From: an uncultured SAR116 cluster alpha proteobacterium
GTDB lineage: Bacteria; Pseudomonadota; Alphaproteobacteria; Puniceispirillales; Marisalimonadaceae
Assembly: GCA_902615325.1 (NCBI GenBank)
Contig: CACMOJ010000003.1
Location: 35,119-99,118 of the forward strand
Direction: 5' to 3'
DNA: 64,000 nucleotides
In this document: positions 54,534-64,000 of the stretch, piece after piece
Layout of the letters: the number at the start of each line of letters is the position of its first letter
Position numbering within the stretch: position 1 is the first letter of the stretch
Made by a program: the position numbers and the translations under genes
The notes under the pieces: generated by a model
What the model was told of the DNA's origin: nothing
Databases searched by the model: none
Seen by the model: only the letters and a program-made list of their open reading frames with translations

Positions 54534-55934
54534 TTATAGATATCTCCTTTTTGCTTCTGATATTGCTTTTAAAACTAATCTTGGAGAAGTTCCACCAAAT
54601 GATGATTTTTTTAGTATAGACGAACTAATACTTATTGATTTAATGATATTACTGTCAATTTTAGGTTCAATGGATCTTAAATCCTCTAACAATAATTCAT
54701 CAAGAGAGCAATCTTTCTCTTCTGCAAGAAGGATTATTTTACCAGTGATTTTATGAGCATCTCTGAATGGAATATTTAAATATGTTACCAAATAATCAGC
54801 TAGATCTGTTGCAGTTGGGAACCCCTTTTGTAAGGCTTTAAGCATTTTATTTTTATTAATTTTTAAAGACTTAATAATACCAATCATATTTAATAAACAA
54901 TTTTTAATATTTTCAGATGAATCAAATACTGGTTCTTTATCTTCTTGTAAATCTTTACTATAGGCAAGAGGCAAACCTTTTAATAAATTCGTTAAATTAA
55001 CTAAATTTCCTACAAGTCTATTAGATTTTCCTCTAATAAGTTCAGCTGCATCAGGATTTCTTTTTTGGGGCATGATACTTGATCCCGTAGTATATTCTTC
55101 ATTAATTACAATGAAATTAAAACCGTTTGATGACCATAAAATAAGCTCCTCAGCAATTCTAGATAAATTCACTCCGATCAAACAGAGTACGGATAAATAT
55201 TCAATAGCAAAATCACGACTTGAGACAGAATCTATAGAGTTTCGTGTAGGTGAAGAAAAATTTAACTTTTTTGCTACAAAATTTCTATCTATAGGGTAAC
55301 TTGTTCCTGCAAGTGCAGCTGAACCAAGAGGGCACTCATTCATTCTGTTTTTACAATCTTGAATCCTTGATCTGTCTCTTCCAAACATTTCAACATAGGC
55401 CAAAAGATGATGTCCAAACGTGATGGGTTGAGCAACTTGCAAATGAGTATAACCCGGCATTAAAGCCTCATAATTATCTTCAGCTTGACTAATCAACTCT
55501 TTTTGAAGTTCCTTTAAAAGCTCTGAAATAGAATCCAAATCACTTCTTATCCACATCTTAAAGTCGGTAACAACTTGATCATTTCGTGAACGTGCAGTAT
55601 GTAATTTTTTTCCAGACTCACCAATTAATTCAATTAACCTACTTTCAATATTCATGTGGATATCTTCTAGTTCAATCCTAAATTTAAATTTATTTGTTTC
55701 AATCTCTTTTTTGATTTTTAGAAGACCACTTTTAATTTCTAAAAAATCTTTTTTTAAAATAATTTTTTGTTTTGATAACATTTCAGCATGAGCTATTGAT
55801 CCTTCAATATCTTGAGTGTAAAGTTTTTTGTCAAAATCGATTGAAGAATTGAACTTAATTAAATTGTCACTTGTTTCTCCTACAAATCTTCCACCCCAAA
55901 TAGTGCTTTTTAAACTTTTTTTTCTTTTTGACAT
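54534..55934 (-). CDS. argH: argininosuccinate lyase
   Basis: Motifs WGGRF, HTARSRNDQV, YTHLQVAQP and fumarate-lyase signature GSSIMPQKRNPD. Confidence 0.95.
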   Translation of the reverse strand: MSKRKKSLKSTIWGGRFVGETSDNLIKFNSSIDFDKKLYTQDIEGSIAHAEMLSKQKIILKKDFLEIKSGLLKIKKEIETNKFKFRIELEDIHMNIESRLIELIGESGKKLHTARSRNDQVVTDFKMWIRSDLDSISELLKELQKELISQAEDNYEALMPGYTHLQVAQPITFGHHLLAYVEMFGRDRSRIQDCKNRMNECPLGSAALAGTSYPIDRNFVAKKLNFSSPTRNSIDSVSSRDFAIEYLSVLCLIGVNLSRIAEELILWSSNGFNFIVINEEYTTGSSIMPQKRNPDAAELIRGKSNRLVGNLVNLTNLLKGLPLAYSKDLQEDKEPVFDSSENIKNCLLNMIGIIKSLKINKNKMLKALQKGFPTATDLADYLVTYLNIPFRDAHKITGKIILLAEEKDCSLDELLLEDLRSIEPKIDSNIIKSISISSSILKKSSFGGTSPRLVLKAISEAKRRYL

Positions 55935-55994
55935 TATCTTAACTTTATAATTTTTTTAATTATCATATATATAAATAAAAAAAGAGAAACAATA

Positions 55995-56498
55995 TTGTTC
56001 AATAGTCTAAAATATTTGATAATTTTATTAATTATCCTCCCATTTCCATCTAAATCAAATTCTTTGTTTCAGAAAACAGATGTAAAATTAAACAACAACA
56101 TAGCCTTAAGAGATGAAAAGAATTTTGAAAAAAAACTATATGATATTCTAGACTTAAACTCAAAATACGTTGTAAATTTTTGGGCTACTTGGTGTATTCC
56201 TTGTAAAAAAGAATTGCCTGAGTTAAAAAAAATGAAAATTTATAATAAAGACCTCAAAATTATAATTGTTTCAATAGATAAAAAATCAATTAAAGATCAA
56301 TTAAATTTTCTAAAAAAAGTTAAAGTAAATGACCTAACAAATTATTTTGATAAAAACATGATTTTTTTTAAAAGTTTGAAATTAAGAGGTATACCTACAA
56401 CACTCTTAATAAAAAACAAAAAAATAATAGCAAAAAAAGAGGGTATTTTTAGTTATAATAAGGATTCATTAGAACAAATTAATAATTTTTTTAATTAA
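55995..56498 (+). CDS. periplasmic thiol:disulfide oxidoreductase (TlpA/ResA-like thioredoxin)
   Basis: Signal/anchor segment and WATWCIPCKKELPEL (CxxC). Divergent from argH, like tlpA in other alphaproteobacteria. TTG start. Confidence 0.8.
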   Translation: MFNSLKYLIILLIILPFPSKSNSLFQKTDVKLNNNIALRDEKNFEKKLYDILDLNSKYVVNFWATWCIPCKKELPELKKMKIYNKDLKIIIVSIDKKSIKDQLNFLKKVKVNDLTNYFDKNMIFFKSLKLRGIPTTLLIKNKKIIAKKEGIFSYNKDSLEQINNFFN

Positions 56499-57423
56499 TT
56501 TTACTTTCCATCTCCGGAACCGCTTTAAACAAATCTTCAGCTAAGCCATAGTCAGATATAGAGAAAATGGGTGCTTCTTCATCTTTATTAATTCCTATTA
56601 TGACTTTACTATCTTTCATTCCTGCCAAGTGTTGTATCGCGCCTGAAATACCTACTGCTATGTAAAGGTTTGGAGCAACAATTTTTCCAGTTTGACCAAC
56701 TTGCCAGTCATTAGGAACATATCCAGCATCTACTGCTGCTCTACTTGCTCCCATAGCAGCTCCAAGTTTGTCAGCTAATTTTTCTAATATTTGGAAGTTT
56801 TCTGCAGACCCTAGACCTCTTCCACCTGAAACAACTATATCTGCAGAGGTTAATTCAGGTCTTTCACTTTTAGTTAATTCAGAATCTAGATACTTTGACA
56901 AATTATTAACTGTTAAATTTCCTATTTCTTTAATGATACCAACAGTTTCATTACCAATTTCTGTTTCTACAAATGCTGTAGTTCGTATTGTTATGATATT
57001 TATTGTATTTTTACTTTTACAAGTTGCTATAGCGTTTCCAGCGTAAATTGGTCTTCTAAATGTTTGTTTGTCAACAATTTCTATCACGTCTGGAATTATC
57101 ATGGTATCGAGTAACCCTGCTAATCTTGGCGCTACATTTTTTCCATTGGAAGTGTTTGAAAATAGAATATTTGAATAATCTTTAAAATTTTCATAAATAA
57201 AATCAGCAACATCTTCTGCTAATTGGTTTTTAAAAACATCATTTTCATTAATAAATATATTGTTAATATTTTTAACATTAATTAATTCATTACAGATATC
57301 TTTACAATTATTACTTAGAACTAATAAGTCAACATTTCCAAGTTTAAGAGCAGCTTTTATGGTATTCAATGTTGATTTTTCTAACTTATTATTATTATGA
57401 TCTACTATTACTAACGTTTTCAT
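56491..57423 (-). CDS. etfA: electron transfer flavoprotein subunit alpha
   Basis: Motifs VVSGGRGLGS, ASRAAVDAGY and YIAVGISGAIQHLAGM. Confidence 0.9.
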   Translation of the reverse strand: MKTLVIVDHNNNKLEKSTLNTIKAALKLGNVDLLVLSNNCKDICNELINVKNINNIFINENDVFKNQLAEDVADFIYENFKDYSNILFSNTSNGKNVAPRLAGLLDTMIIPDVIEIVDKQTFRRPIYAGNAIATCKSKNTINIITIRTTAFVETEIGNETVGIIKEIGNLTVNNLSKYLDSELTKSERPELTSADIVVSGGRGLGSAENFQILEKLADKLGAAMGASRAAVDAGYVPNDWQVGQTGKIVAPNLYIAVGISGAIQHLAGMKDSKVIIGINKDEEAPIFSISDYGLAEDLFKAVPEMESKIN

Positions 57424-57436
57424 ATTTACCTCTAAC

Positions 57437-58186
57437 TTAAATTACTTTAGCTTCATTTTTTAATTTTTCAATCATTTCATCTACAGATTTTACCATGATC
57501 CCAGCTTCTCTGGATTTAGGCTCTTCAACTTTTAAAATTTCTAACCTTGGTTCAGTATCGATATTTAAATCTTCTATTTTTATTTCGTCTATTGGTTTTC
57601 TTTTTGCTTTCATGATGTTAGGTAAACTTGCATACCGTGGTTCATTCAACCTCAAGTCAGTTGTTACAATTGCTGGCAAAATAACTTCAATATTTTCTAT
57701 ACCTCCATCAATTTCTCTTCCAACTTTTATTTTTTTATCTTGTATTTCTAATTTGCTGGCAAAGGTTGCTTGACCCCAGTTCAGCATTGCTGAAAGCATT
57801 TGTCCAGTAGCATTCATGTCATCATCAATTGCTTGTTTGCCCATAATCACAAGATCAGGTTTGATTTTATTACATATGGACGTTAGGATTTTAGCTACAG
57901 ATAATGGTTCAAGTCTCGATGTGCAATTTATAAAAATACCAGAATCAGCTCCCATTGCTAAAGCGTTTCTAATAGTTTCTTGAACTTCTGGCAAGCCTAT
58001 GGATACTGCTATTATTTCACTGGCAATACCTTTCTCTTTTAATCGAAGAGCTTCCTCTACAGCTATCTCATCAAAAGGGTTCATAGACATTTTTACATTA
58101 TCTAATTCAACGTCCGTTTCATCTTTTTTAACTCTAACTTTGACATTATAGTCTACAACTCTTTTAACTGGAACTAGTATCTTCAT
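57437..58186 (-). CDS. etfB: electron transfer flavoprotein subunit beta
   Basis: Motifs [29 protein letters not shown] and [12 protein letters not shown]. Confidence 0.9.
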   Translation of the reverse strand: MKILVPVKRVVDYNVKVRVKKDETDVELDNVKMSMNPFDEIAVEEALRLKEKGIASEIIAVSIGLPEVQETIRNALAMGADSGIFINCTSRLEPLSVAKILTSICNKIKPDLVIMGKQAIDDDMNATGQMLSAMLNWGQATFASKLEIQDKKIKVGREIDGGIENIEVILPAIVTTDLRLNEPRYASLPNIMKAKRKPIDEIKIEDLNIDTEPRLEILKVEEPKSREAGIMVKSVDEMIEKLKNEAKVI

Positions 58187-58205
58187 AAATCATCTCCCAT
58201 TTCAA

Positions 58206-58784
58206 TTATTGATTTTCCCCAGGAACCCACAATATATCAAATTTTCCATTATCATTGGTAATTCTTGAAACTACAAATAAAAAGTCTGATAGTCTGTTTA
58301 TATAGATTAATGATTGTTTGTTAATCTTATTTTTTTCAGCAAGTTTTGATATGGATCTCTCCGCTCTTCTTGCTACCGTTCTTGCAATATGAAGCCAGCA
58401 CGACATTTCAGATCCACCAGGTAAAACAAATGAATTTAATGGTTCTAGTTTATTATTAAACTTATCAATCATATTCTCTAAATTCAAAACTTGAGAATTT
58501 TTAATTCTTAATGGTTCAAATTTCGGTTTTTCTTCAATTGGTGTAGATAAGTCGGCACCTAAATCAAAAAGGTCATTTTGAATTTTTTTTAAAATCTCAA
58601 CTAAAAAATTATATTTTTTCTCTTTATTAATACAGTTTATTGAAAGGCCAATAAAAGAATTTAATTCGTCAACATCACCATATGCAGAGGGTCTTAAATT
58701 ATATTTTTTTACACGACTACCATCTGACAGACCAGTTGTCCCGTCATCTCCTGTCTTAGTATAAATTTTATTCAGTTTAACCAT
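58206..58784 (-). CDS. PduO-type ATP:cob(I)alamin adenosyltransferase family protein (MMAB-like)
   Basis: Motifs IYTKTGDDGTTGL, YGDVDELNS, LQNDLFDLGADL, ARTVARRAER and INRLSD. Confidence 0.85.
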   Translation of the reverse strand: MVKLNKIYTKTGDDGTTGLSDGSRVKKYNLRPSAYGDVDELNSFIGLSINCINKEKKYNFLVEILKKIQNDLFDLGADLSTPIEEKPKFEPLRIKNSQVLNLENMIDKFNNKLEPLNSFVLPGGSEMSCWLHIARTVARRAERSISKLAEKNKINKQSLIYINRLSDFLFVVSRITNDNGKFDILWVPGENQ

Positions 58785-58989
58785 TATAATATCTCTTCAT
58801 ATATAAGATAAATACAAAAACGATTATTGCAATTGCTTGGAAAATAATTCTATATCTCATTATTAAATTACTTTTAGATTTATTATAATCACCACCTCGA
58901 CCCATAGTAATGACGCCCCACATTAAAATTCCAAAAACTATTAGAAGACAAATTACTAATATTGAATTTGCAAGAAAATCATTCATCAA
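58777..58989 (-). CDS. twin-transmembrane-helix small protein (HIG1-domain-like)
   Basis: 70 aa with two TM helices separated by GRGGDYNKSKSNLIMRYRI. This resembles the alphaproteobacterial and mitochondrial HIG1 family. Confidence 0.55.
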   Translation of the reverse strand: MMNDFLANSILVICLLIVFGILMWGVITMGRGGDYNKSKSNLIMRYRIIFQAIAIIVFVFILYMKRYYNG

Positions 58990-59884
58990 AAATAATCTCT
59001 TTAAATTCGTGATTATTTCTTAAGAAACTTGCTTTTACTGTGTTATACATTAAACATGCAATTGTCATAGGACCTACCCCACCTGGTACAGGTGTAATTA
59101 AATTAACCTTATTAATAACATCATTAAAATTTACATCACCTAAAATTTTAATTTTATCATTTATTTTTTTTCTATTGATACCAACATCAATTACAGTTGC
59201 CTTATCTTTTACATAACTATTGTCGATAAATTCAGTCATTCCGATCGCAGCAATTAAAATATCAGCTTTTAGTGTAAATTCAGATAAGTTTCTTGTTTTA
59301 GAGTGTGTAATTGTAGTTGTACAATTTTCTTTAAGTAGCAATGATTGCAAAGGTTTTCCAACAATATTTGATCTACCTACTATTGTTGCATTTAATCCAT
59401 TAAGTGGACCTAATTCTTTCTTTAACATGTAAATACACCCTAAAGGTGTACAAGGGATCATTCCGTTATTATTACCTAGAAATAAGTTGCCCAAATTTAT
59501 TGGATGAAATCCATCCACATCTTTTTTTGGATCAATTGATAAAATAACTTTATCTTCAGAAATATGCATCGGTAGTGGGAGTTGAACAAGAATTCCATCA
59601 ATATCTTTTTGCTGGTTTAATTCTTTGATTTTATTTAATAATTCTTTTTCAGTTATTGCTGAGTTATATAGAATTTTTTTTGATATTATTCCAATATTTT
59701 CTGCAGTTTTAATTTTATTTTTAACATATATTTCACTAGCTGAATTTTCTCCAATTAAAATTACGGCTATAGAAGGTTTACGTTTATTAAGTCTTTCAGA
59801 TTTTAAAATTAATTCTTTGACACTCTCAATTAAGTTTTGAGAATGATTAATTCCATCAATAATTTTCATATTATCACTTATCAA
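58979..59884 (-). CDS. folD: bifunctional methylenetetrahydrofolate dehydrogenase/methenyl-THF cyclohydrolase
   Basis: Motifs YVKNKIK, GILVQLPLP, DGFHPINLG, VGRSNIVGKP and PVPGGVGPMT. Confidence 0.92.
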   Translation of the reverse strand: MISDNMKIIDGINHSQNLIESVKELILKSERLNKRKPSIAVILIGENSASEIYVKNKIKTAENIGIISKKILYNSAITEKELLNKIKELNQQKDIDGILVQLPLPMHISEDKVILSIDPKKDVDGFHPINLGNLFLGNNNGMIPCTPLGCIYMLKKELGPLNGLNATIVGRSNIVGKPLQSLLLKENCTTTITHSKTRNLSEFTLKADILIAAIGMTEFIDNSYVKDKATVIDVGINRKKINDKIKILGDVNFNDVINKVNLITPVPGGVGPMTIACLMYNTVKASFLRNNHEFKEIIFDE

Positions 59885-59895
59885 TTGTCTTACTC

Positions 59896-60180
59896 CTACA
59901 AACTTAATCTGTAATCAATTAATAAATTTCTTATAAATGATAAAAGCAATATGACTATTACAGGTGAGAAATCCATTCCACCAATAAAAGGAATATATTT
60001 TCTAATTTTAATTAACAAAGGTTCGTGAAGTGCAATTAATCCTCTTAATATTAAATCAATAATTCTATTGTATCGATTTACGATTTCGAATTGAACTAGG
60101 AGGGTTATTATCACATAAGCTATAAGGGTATATAAATATATGGATATGATTTGATCTATTAATATAAATAAAGCGTTCAT
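59896..60180 (-). CDS. YggT-family membrane protein
   Basis: 94 aa with two TM segments and the motif IPFIGGMDFSPVIVILLL, typical of YGGT repeats. Confidence 0.7.
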   Translation of the reverse strand: MNALFILIDQIISIYLYTLIAYVIITLLVQFEIVNRYNRIIDLILRGLIALHEPLLIKIRKYIPFIGGMDFSPVIVILLLSFIRNLLIDYRLSL

Positions 60181-60244
60181 AGTTGTGAAAATATTTGTTA
60201 CTATATTGATATAAGTTTTAAAATAAAATTTTAAACGGGTGGAT

Positions 60245-61465
60245 ATGAAATCTTTATTTTTAATAATTCTATTAATTTTATATATTATAAATCCTTCATT
60301 AAGTAAAAGTGGACAAACGAATAATTGGGATCAAATCGTTAACAGTGCTCAAAATAAAACTGTGAAACTTCATGCATGGGGAGGTTCTAAAAATATCAAT
60401 AATTATATTAATTGGGTCAAAGTAAAAGTTTTTGAAAAATATGGTATCAAATTGCAACATATAAAAGTTAAAGATACATCTGATGCAGTTAAAAAAGTTT
60501 TATTCGAAAAAATTGCAAAAAAAAATGATAATGGTTCAGTTGATATCATTTGGATTAATGGAGAGAATTTTTTAACAATGAAAAAAAATAACTTGTTGTT
60601 AAATAAGAATTGGATTTTGCAATTACCTAATTCGAAATTCATCGATTTTTCTAAGTCATCAGCCTACTTCTATGATTTTGGTATCTTTAATGAAGGGAAA
60701 GAGATGCCTTGGGGATTATCTCAACTTATTTTTTATTATGATAGTGATCAATTAAAAATTGTTCCAAAAAGTGCATCTCAATTAAAAGATTTCATAAAAA
60801 AGAATCCTGGAAGATTTACTTTTCCTCAACCACCAGATTTTATAGGAACAAGTTTTTTGAAACAAATTTTAATAGAAGTATCTAAAGATAAAAAACTTTT
60901 TTATGATAAGTATAATCTTAACAATGATAAACATAAATTGTCATTGAATGAATTATGGAACTGGTTTGACGAAATCACACCTTTTTTATGGAAAAGTGGT
61001 AAAACATACCCAAATAATTATTTGTCACTTGGCCAACTATTTTCTGATAATGAATTAGACATAGGTTTAACATTCAATATTGCATATCCAAAAAATGAAA
61101 TTTCAAAAGGAAATTTTAAATCTTCAGTTAAAAGTTTTATACCAAATATCGGTTCATTAGCTAATACTCATTATCTCACAATTCCTTACAATGCCACAAA
61201 TAAAAATGCTTCGAAAGTTGTAATAAATTATATGATTTCACCTGAAGCGCAATTAGAAAAGCAAAATTCAGAAATTTGGGGGGATCCTTCAGTTTTATCT
61301 TTCGATAAATTAAACAAAAACCTTAAAAAAGACTTTGAAAATCTTTTGAGTAAATCTACTGATTTAAGTTTTCAAGACTTGGAGAATAAAATTCCTGAAC
61401 CTCACCCTAGTTGGGTCAAAGTTATTGAAGAAGGTTGGATTGCAAGATATGGATCAATTAATTGA
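60245..61465 (+). CDS. ABC transporter periplasmic substrate-binding protein (YnjB-like family, substrate unknown)
   Basis: Signal peptide, then LHAWGGSKNINNYINWV and a PBP-type fold. Followed by a fused permease. ATG 60245 preferred to GTG 60239. Confidence 0.7.
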   Translation: MKSLFLIILLILYIINPSLSKSGQTNNWDQIVNSAQNKTVKLHAWGGSKNINNYINWVKVKVFEKYGIKLQHIKVKDTSDAVKKVLFEKIAKKNDNGSVDIIWINGENFLTMKKNNLLLNKNWILQLPNSKFIDFSKSSAYFYDFGIFNEGKEMPWGLSQLIFYYDSDQLKIVPKSASQLKDFIKKNPGRFTFPQPPDFIGTSFLKQILIEVSKDKKLFYDKYNLNNDKHKLSLNELWNWFDEITPFLWKSGKTYPNNYLSLGQLFSDNELDIGLTFNIAYPKNEISKGNFKSSVKSFIPNIGSLANTHYLTIPYNATNKNASKVVINYMISPEAQLEKQNSEIWGDPSVLSFDKLNKNLKKDFENLLSKSTDLSFQDLENKIPEPHPSWVKVIEEGWIARYGSIN

Positions 61466-63137
61466 AAGAAATAAAAAAATATTATTATTTTTACTTTTTC
61501 TTTTAATATTAGGTGCTTTATCTTTCCCAGTAATTTTTGGAATACTAGGTACTACACTTCCATCAATGGGATATTTTTCGGATGTTTCAGATAATTTTAC
61601 TCTTAAATATTTTTTTTTAACATTTCAGCTTCCTGGGATAGAAAAATCAATTTATTTATCTATTTCAGTGGGTGTTTTATCTACTTTTATTTCTTTAATA
61701 TTATCCCAAGCTATATTAGCAAAATTATATTTTTCAAATTTTTTTACTAAGTTAAATAAACTTTTATATCCGTTAATTGCTTTTCCTCACATAACCATGG
61801 CGGTTGGAATTTCTTTTTTATTTTCATCAAGCGGTTTTTTTATTCGTATAATATCAATAGTTTTTAATTTTGATAGACCTCCTAACTTAAACTTGTTTCC
61901 AGACAATTATGGTCTTTTTTTAATATTTGGTTTGATATTAAAAGAAACTCCTTTTTTTTTGTTAATATCAATTGGATTTTTAAATAATGTAAAGAGCAAG
62001 GAGCATTTTTTTTTAGCAAAATCAAAAAACTTTTCTGATTTTACAAGCTGGATTTTTTTTATTTTTCCTTTAATTTATAGAAAGTTAAAAATTACTATAT
62101 TTGTTGTATTAATTTTTTCTGCAACCGTAATTGATATGTCGTTGATACTTGCTCCAACAACACCCTCAACTCTATCAATAAGAATTTTACAACTTTTTCA
62201 ACAACCAGAATTGGCTAGTTTTTCAATTGCATCTTGTTTGTCAATTATACAATTATTGATAATTATTTTAATAATATTTACTTGGGTAAGTTTAGAGAAA
62301 TTGACTTGTAAACAACAATATTTAGTTTTTTATAGATATCTTTTAGATAGAAGAAACAATTTTTTTGAAAATATTTTATATTTTGTTTCAATAACATGTT
62401 TTCTAATTTTTATTGTTAATATTTTTATATCAATTATCTGGTCCTTAGCAGTTGATTGGAATTTTCCTGATTTATTTCCTAAAAAATTAACTCTAGACAA
62501 TTATTTAGTTTTTTTTAAATTTAATTTTGATAGTTTTTTTAATTCATTAATTTTAGCTACTTTAGGATCATTTATTAGTTTAATTATAATAATTGTATGG
62601 TCAGAGCTTTTGGAAGCATTAAAATTAAAAAATAATTTTTTAAATTTTATATTTTACATTCCATTATTAGTACCTGAATTAACAATTTTGTTAGGCTTTA
62701 ATTTTTTTCTTTTAACTAATAATTTTGATAACAAATTTCTTAACGTATTATGGATTAAAATTATATATATAATCCCATATACATATCTAATATTTTCAAG
62801 TTCTTACAAAAATATTAACAAAAAATATTTGAAAATAGCTCAATCTTTAAATAAGAGTTATTTAACAATTTTATTTAAAATTAAATTGAATTTAATTTTA
62901 AATATAATTTTTCTTAGCTTTGCAATAGGATTTATCATATCTATAAGTCTATATGCGCCAATCTATTTTATAGGCAATGGTGAAATAACAACTTTATCAT
63001 TAGAAATTATCAACTTACAAACTAGTGGAGATCGAAAAGATTTAGCTGTAGCTACTACATTGCAAATGATAATACCTTTGTTAACTCTGTTAATTTTCCA
63101 CTTGAAATCAAAGATATTCATCAAGTGGTCAGTTTAA
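61449..63137 (+). CDS. ABC transporter permease with duplicated transmembrane domains (YnjC/ThiP/FbpB-like)
   Basis: About 560 aa and very hydrophobic, in two halves of about 6 TM each. Overlaps the SBP gene. ATG 61449 preferred to TTG 61425. Confidence 0.7.
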   Translation: MDQLIERNKKILLFLLFLLILGALSFPVIFGILGTTLPSMGYFSDVSDNFTLKYFFLTFQLPGIEKSIYLSISVGVLSTFISLILSQAILAKLYFSNFFTKLNKLLYPLIAFPHITMAVGISFLFSSSGFFIRIISIVFNFDRPPNLNLFPDNYGLFLIFGLILKETPFFLLISIGFLNNVKSKEHFFLAKSKNFSDFTSWIFFIFPLIYRKLKITIFVVLIFSATVIDMSLILAPTTPSTLSIRILQLFQQPELASFSIASCLSIIQLLIIILIIFTWVSLEKLTCKQQYLVFYRYLLDRRNNFFENILYFVSITCFLIFIVNIFISIIWSLAVDWNFPDLFPKKLTLDNYLVFFKFNFDSFFNSLILATLGSFISLIIIIVWSELLEALKLKNNFLNFIFYIPLLVPELTILLGFNFFLLTNNFDNKFLNVLWIKIIYIIPYTYLIFSSSYKNINKKYLKIAQSLNKSYLTILFKIKLNLILNIIFLSFAIGFIISISLYAPIYFIGNGEITTLSLEIINLQTSGDRKDLAVATTLQMIIPLLTLLIFHLKSKIFIKWSV

Positions 63138-63202
63138 AATTTTAAAAATCTTATAGTAATTTTATAGTTTGATGTTATAAAAATTGTTGAGAGGTAATCT
63201 TG

Positions 63203-64000
63203 ATGAATAAAGCTCACACTTACAGAACACACAAATGTAACGAAATTAATAAATCTTTGGTAGGTGAAACAGTAAGGTTATCAGGTTGGGTTCATCGAAA
63301 AAGAGATCACGGACAATTGATTTTTGTTGATTTAAGAGACCATTACGGTATTTCTCAAATAGTTTCAGACACACAAAAAGATATTTTTGATATTCTAGAC
63401 AAAGTTTCTTTAGAATCAGTTCTTTCTGTTCATGGAAAAGTTGTTCAAAGATCTGTCGAAACTATAAATCATAATATTCCTACGGGTGAGGTGGAGCTTC
63501 AAGTTGATAAAATTACTATTTTATCAACTGCAGAAAGTTTGCCTTTGCAAATTAATTCAGATGATGATTATGGAGAAGAGATCAGATTAAGATATAGATA
63601 CCTTGATTTAAGAAGGAATAGGCCTCATCAAAATATAATTTTGAGATCACAAATTATTCAAGAGATTAGATTGCAAATGTTAGAGCAGGATTTTATAGAA
63701 TTTCAAACACCAATTTTAACTGCATCTAGTCCTGAAGGTGCTAGAGATTTTTTGGTTCCCTCAAGGATTCACAAAGGTAAATTTTATGCCCTTCCTCAAG
63801 CACCACAGCAATTCAAGCAACTGGTTATGGTTTCAGGGTTTGATAAATATTTTCAAATTGCTCCTTGTTTTAGGGATGAGGATAGTAGAGCTGATAGATC
63901 TCCAGGTGAGTTTTATCAATTGGATGTTGAAATGTCTTTTGTAGAGCAAGAAGATGTTTTTGAAGTTGTTCAACCAGTTATTTATAATGTTTTTAAAAAA
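63203..64000 (+). CDS. aspS: aspartate--tRNA ligase (3' end beyond the window), not in the ORF track
   Basis: Hand translation gives [49 protein letters not shown]...[10 protein letters not shown]...[22 protein letters not shown]...[14 protein letters not shown]...[30 protein letters not shown]. The frame stays open to nt 64000. Confidence 0.95.
   Translation, partial: MNKAHTYRTHKCNEINKSLVGETVRLSGWVHRKRDHGQLIFVDLRDHYGISQIVSDTQKDIFDILDKVSLESVLSVHGKVVQRSVETINHNIPTGEVELQVDKITILSTAESLPLQINSDDDYGEEIRLRYRYLDLRRNRPHQNIILRSQIIQEIRLQMLEQDFIEFQTPILTASSPEGARDFLVPSRIHKGKFYALPQAPQQFKQLVMVSGFDKYFQIAPCFRDEDSRADRSPGEFYQLDVEMSFVEQEDVFEVVQPVIYNVFKK

Noticed and set aside
63738-63944. 68-aa plus-strand ORF listed in the ORF track.
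   Set aside because: It is out of frame inside the clearly recognisable aspS reading frame, which starts at 63203 and stays open to the window end.

Overview
AT-rich (about 70% A+T by eye), very gene-dense chromosomal core segment from a streamlined free-living alphaproteobacterium with Pelagibacterales/SAR11-like architecture. Spacers are mostly 0-30 nt and many genes overlap at start or stop codons. I call about 65 CDS, almost all housekeeping. They include mutS-glnD-murJ-trpS, the array miaB-phoH-ybeY-corC-lnt-metK-trmB-nusA-infB-rbfA-truB-rpsO-pnp, and fabI-fabB-fabA. They also include dut-coaBC-ubiB-ubiE, mutM, rpsT, dnaA-dnaN-recF-gyrB, an aromatic amino acid cluster (chorismate mutase-hisC-tyrC), lysA-argH, etfBA, folD, an ABC importer and the 5' part of aspS. 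I saw no rRNA, tRNA, CRISPR array, transposase, integrase or phage gene, and no convincing novel multi-gene system. This is an ordinary core region. The features most worth a second look are: (1) a tandem glycine riboswitch in front of a DadA-type FAD dehydrogenase; (2) infB, whose conserved N-terminal segment sits in a different reading frame from the body; (3) a Cro-like HTH fused to CoaBC; (4) an unlisted 42-aa lipoprotein ORF between argH and lysA; (5) a 391-nt AT-rich spacer with a T17 tract upstream of dnaA; (6) intact mutS, recF and glnD, which I recall being reported absent from Ca. Pelagibacter ubique. All calls rest on motif and family recognition by eye. No searches were run.
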